This document shows positions 34,339 to 35,331 of a stretch of DNA of 35,331 nucleotides, piece by piece. The stretch lies in IMG/VR virus record IMGVR_UViG_2703718813_000007; one strand, written 5' to 3'. Each line of letters begins with the position of its first letter. Position 1 is the stretch's first letter. The translations under genes and the position numbers were made by a program. This DNA comes from a virus (Duplodnaviria; Heunggongvirae; Uroviricota; Caudoviricetes). The notes beneath the pieces are model-generated. The model made no database searches. It saw only the letters and a list, made by a program, of their open reading frames with translations, and was not told where the DNA came from.

Positions 34339-35331
34339 ATGTCGATTAAGCAACTCAAAGACGGACGTTATAAGGTTGATGTAAGGCCACAAGGGACGGA
34401 AGGAAAGCGGATTCGTAAGATTTTTACCCTGAAGTCAAAGGCGCAGGAGTTTGAAAGGTATGTTTTGCAGAATTTTCATGATAAGCCATGGCAGGCTAAG
34501 CCAGCAGATCAGCGTCGGTTATCCGAACTGATAGAGGCCTGGTGGCTGCTTGATGGTCGTAACCAGGATTACGGGGATACCTACAGGGTCAGACTGGAAA
34601 AGATAAACCGTGAGATGGGTGATCCTCGTGCCAGTCAGATGACGCGAAAATTTATGCTCGGGTACCGGTCCGACAAATTACAGGCCGGGTTAATGCCTTC
34701 CAGCATTAACCGCGATTTGTGTGCCTTGTCTGCAATGTTCAGCTCGCTGATTGAGGGTGAGGTGTTCCATAACGAAAACCCGGTTCGGGGAATACGTAAG
34801 CTGAAAGTCAGGAACACAGAGATGGCCTTTCTTTCAGATGAGGAGATTGAACGACTGCTTGAACGACTCGATGGAGATGCGCGGCGTGTTGCCATTCTGT
34901 GTCTTTCCACGGGGGCAAGGTGGGGTGAAGCAGCTGGTTTACGTGGGGAACATATTGTAGGTAACCGCGTGATGTTCTTTAACACCAAGAACGGAAAATC
35001 TCGCGCCGTTCCCGTTTCTGATGCGGTACTTGCGTTAATTAAAACCCGCAGAACCGGATTGTTGTACCAGGCTGATTACCTCAGATTTCGGGAGATCCTT
35101 CAGGAGGTGAAGCCGGACTTGCCGAAAGGGCAGGCCACCCATGTCATGCGTCATACATTCGCTACACATTTCATGATGAATGGCGGAAATATCGTTACGC
35201 TACAACGAATCCTGGGCCATGCCACGATTCAACAAACGATGACGTATGCGCATTTTTCGCCGGACTTTTTACAGGATGCAATCAGCTTTAATCCGCTGGC
35301 TGAAAGTGTCCATAAACTGTCCATCGATTAG
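34339..35331 (+). CDS. int: Tyrosine integrase, P2 Int-like, about 330 aa
   Basis: MSIKQLKDGRYKVDVRP aligns with the P2 Int start MAIKKLDDGRYEVDIRP. Conserved LSTGARWGEAA, GQATHVMRHTFATHFMMNGG and TLQRILGH..I.QTMTYAHF motifs are present. The ATG at 34339 is preceded by GGAGGGG; the track begins at 34324. Confidence 0.92.
   Translation: MSIKQLKDGRYKVDVRPQGTEGKRIRKIFTLKSKAQEFERYVLQNFHDKPWQAKPADQRRLSELIEAWWLLDGRNQDYGDTYRVRLEKINREMGDPRASQMTRKFMLGYRSDKLQAGLMPSSINRDLCALSAMFSSLIEGEVFHNENPVRGIRKLKVRNTEMAFLSDEEIERLLERLDGDARRVAILCLSTGARWGEAAGLRGEHIVGNRVMFFNTKNGKSRAVPVSDAVLALIKTRRTGLLYQADYLRFREILQEVKPDLPKGQATHVMRHTFATHFMMNGGNIVTLQRILGHATIQQTMTYAHFSPDFLQDAISFNPLAESVHKLSID

Larger units (their letters stand above)
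3031..35331 (-). mobile_element. P2-family (myovirus) prophage, mosaic; left boundary unresolved within about 3030-3735, right end truncated by the window
   Basis: Contiguous phage modules: tail and baseplate, embedded lysis cassette, P2-like O-N-M-L and P-Q packaging/capsid genes, Ogr-type activator, replication gene A, early genes, C-type repressor and P2-type integrase ending at 35331. No attachment-site duplication could be identified in the window. Confidence 0.85.

Overview
The window opens with a complete seryl-tRNA synthetase gene (serS, 1-1293, +), followed by three tandem Hok-family type I toxin loci on the minus strand (about 1400-3030), a repeat-rich non-coding junction (about 3030-3735), and then a roughly 32 kb P2-family prophage running to the window edge (integrase ends at 35331; the right attachment site is outside the window). 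All calls rest on reading the six-frame translations against remembered family motifs and on gene order; no database search could be run, and the track uses some GTG/TTG starts. The prophage is mosaic. Its packaging and capsid genes are P2-like (P, Q on +; O, N, M, L on -), followed by tail-completion R/S-like genes, sheath and tube. A lysis cassette (holin, DNA methyltransferase, M15 endolysin, overlapping spanins) sits inside the tail operon, between the tube gene and the tail-assembly chaperone. The chaperone carries a probable programmed -1 frameshift (slippery A_AAA_AAC, 63 open codons ending 1 nt before the tape-measure start). After the tape measure come baseplate genes, a tail fibre with a lambda Stf-like C-terminus, a lambda Tfa-like assembly protein, two unassigned proteins and a hub-spike fusion. 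The early arm has a C-type repressor and P2-type integrase at the right end, a divergent Cox-like gene, a string of small early genes, replication gene A, and an Ogr/Delta-type zinc-finger activator placed next to the portal gene. The best candidates for an undescribed system are (i) the cargo slot between A and ogr/Q (25483-26460), which holds three uncharacterised ORFs including an unannotated 54-codon two-helix membrane protein, and (ii) an AT-rich convergent gene pair just downstream of the Cox-like gene (32690-33293). No CRISPR array, rRNA or tRNA was recognised.
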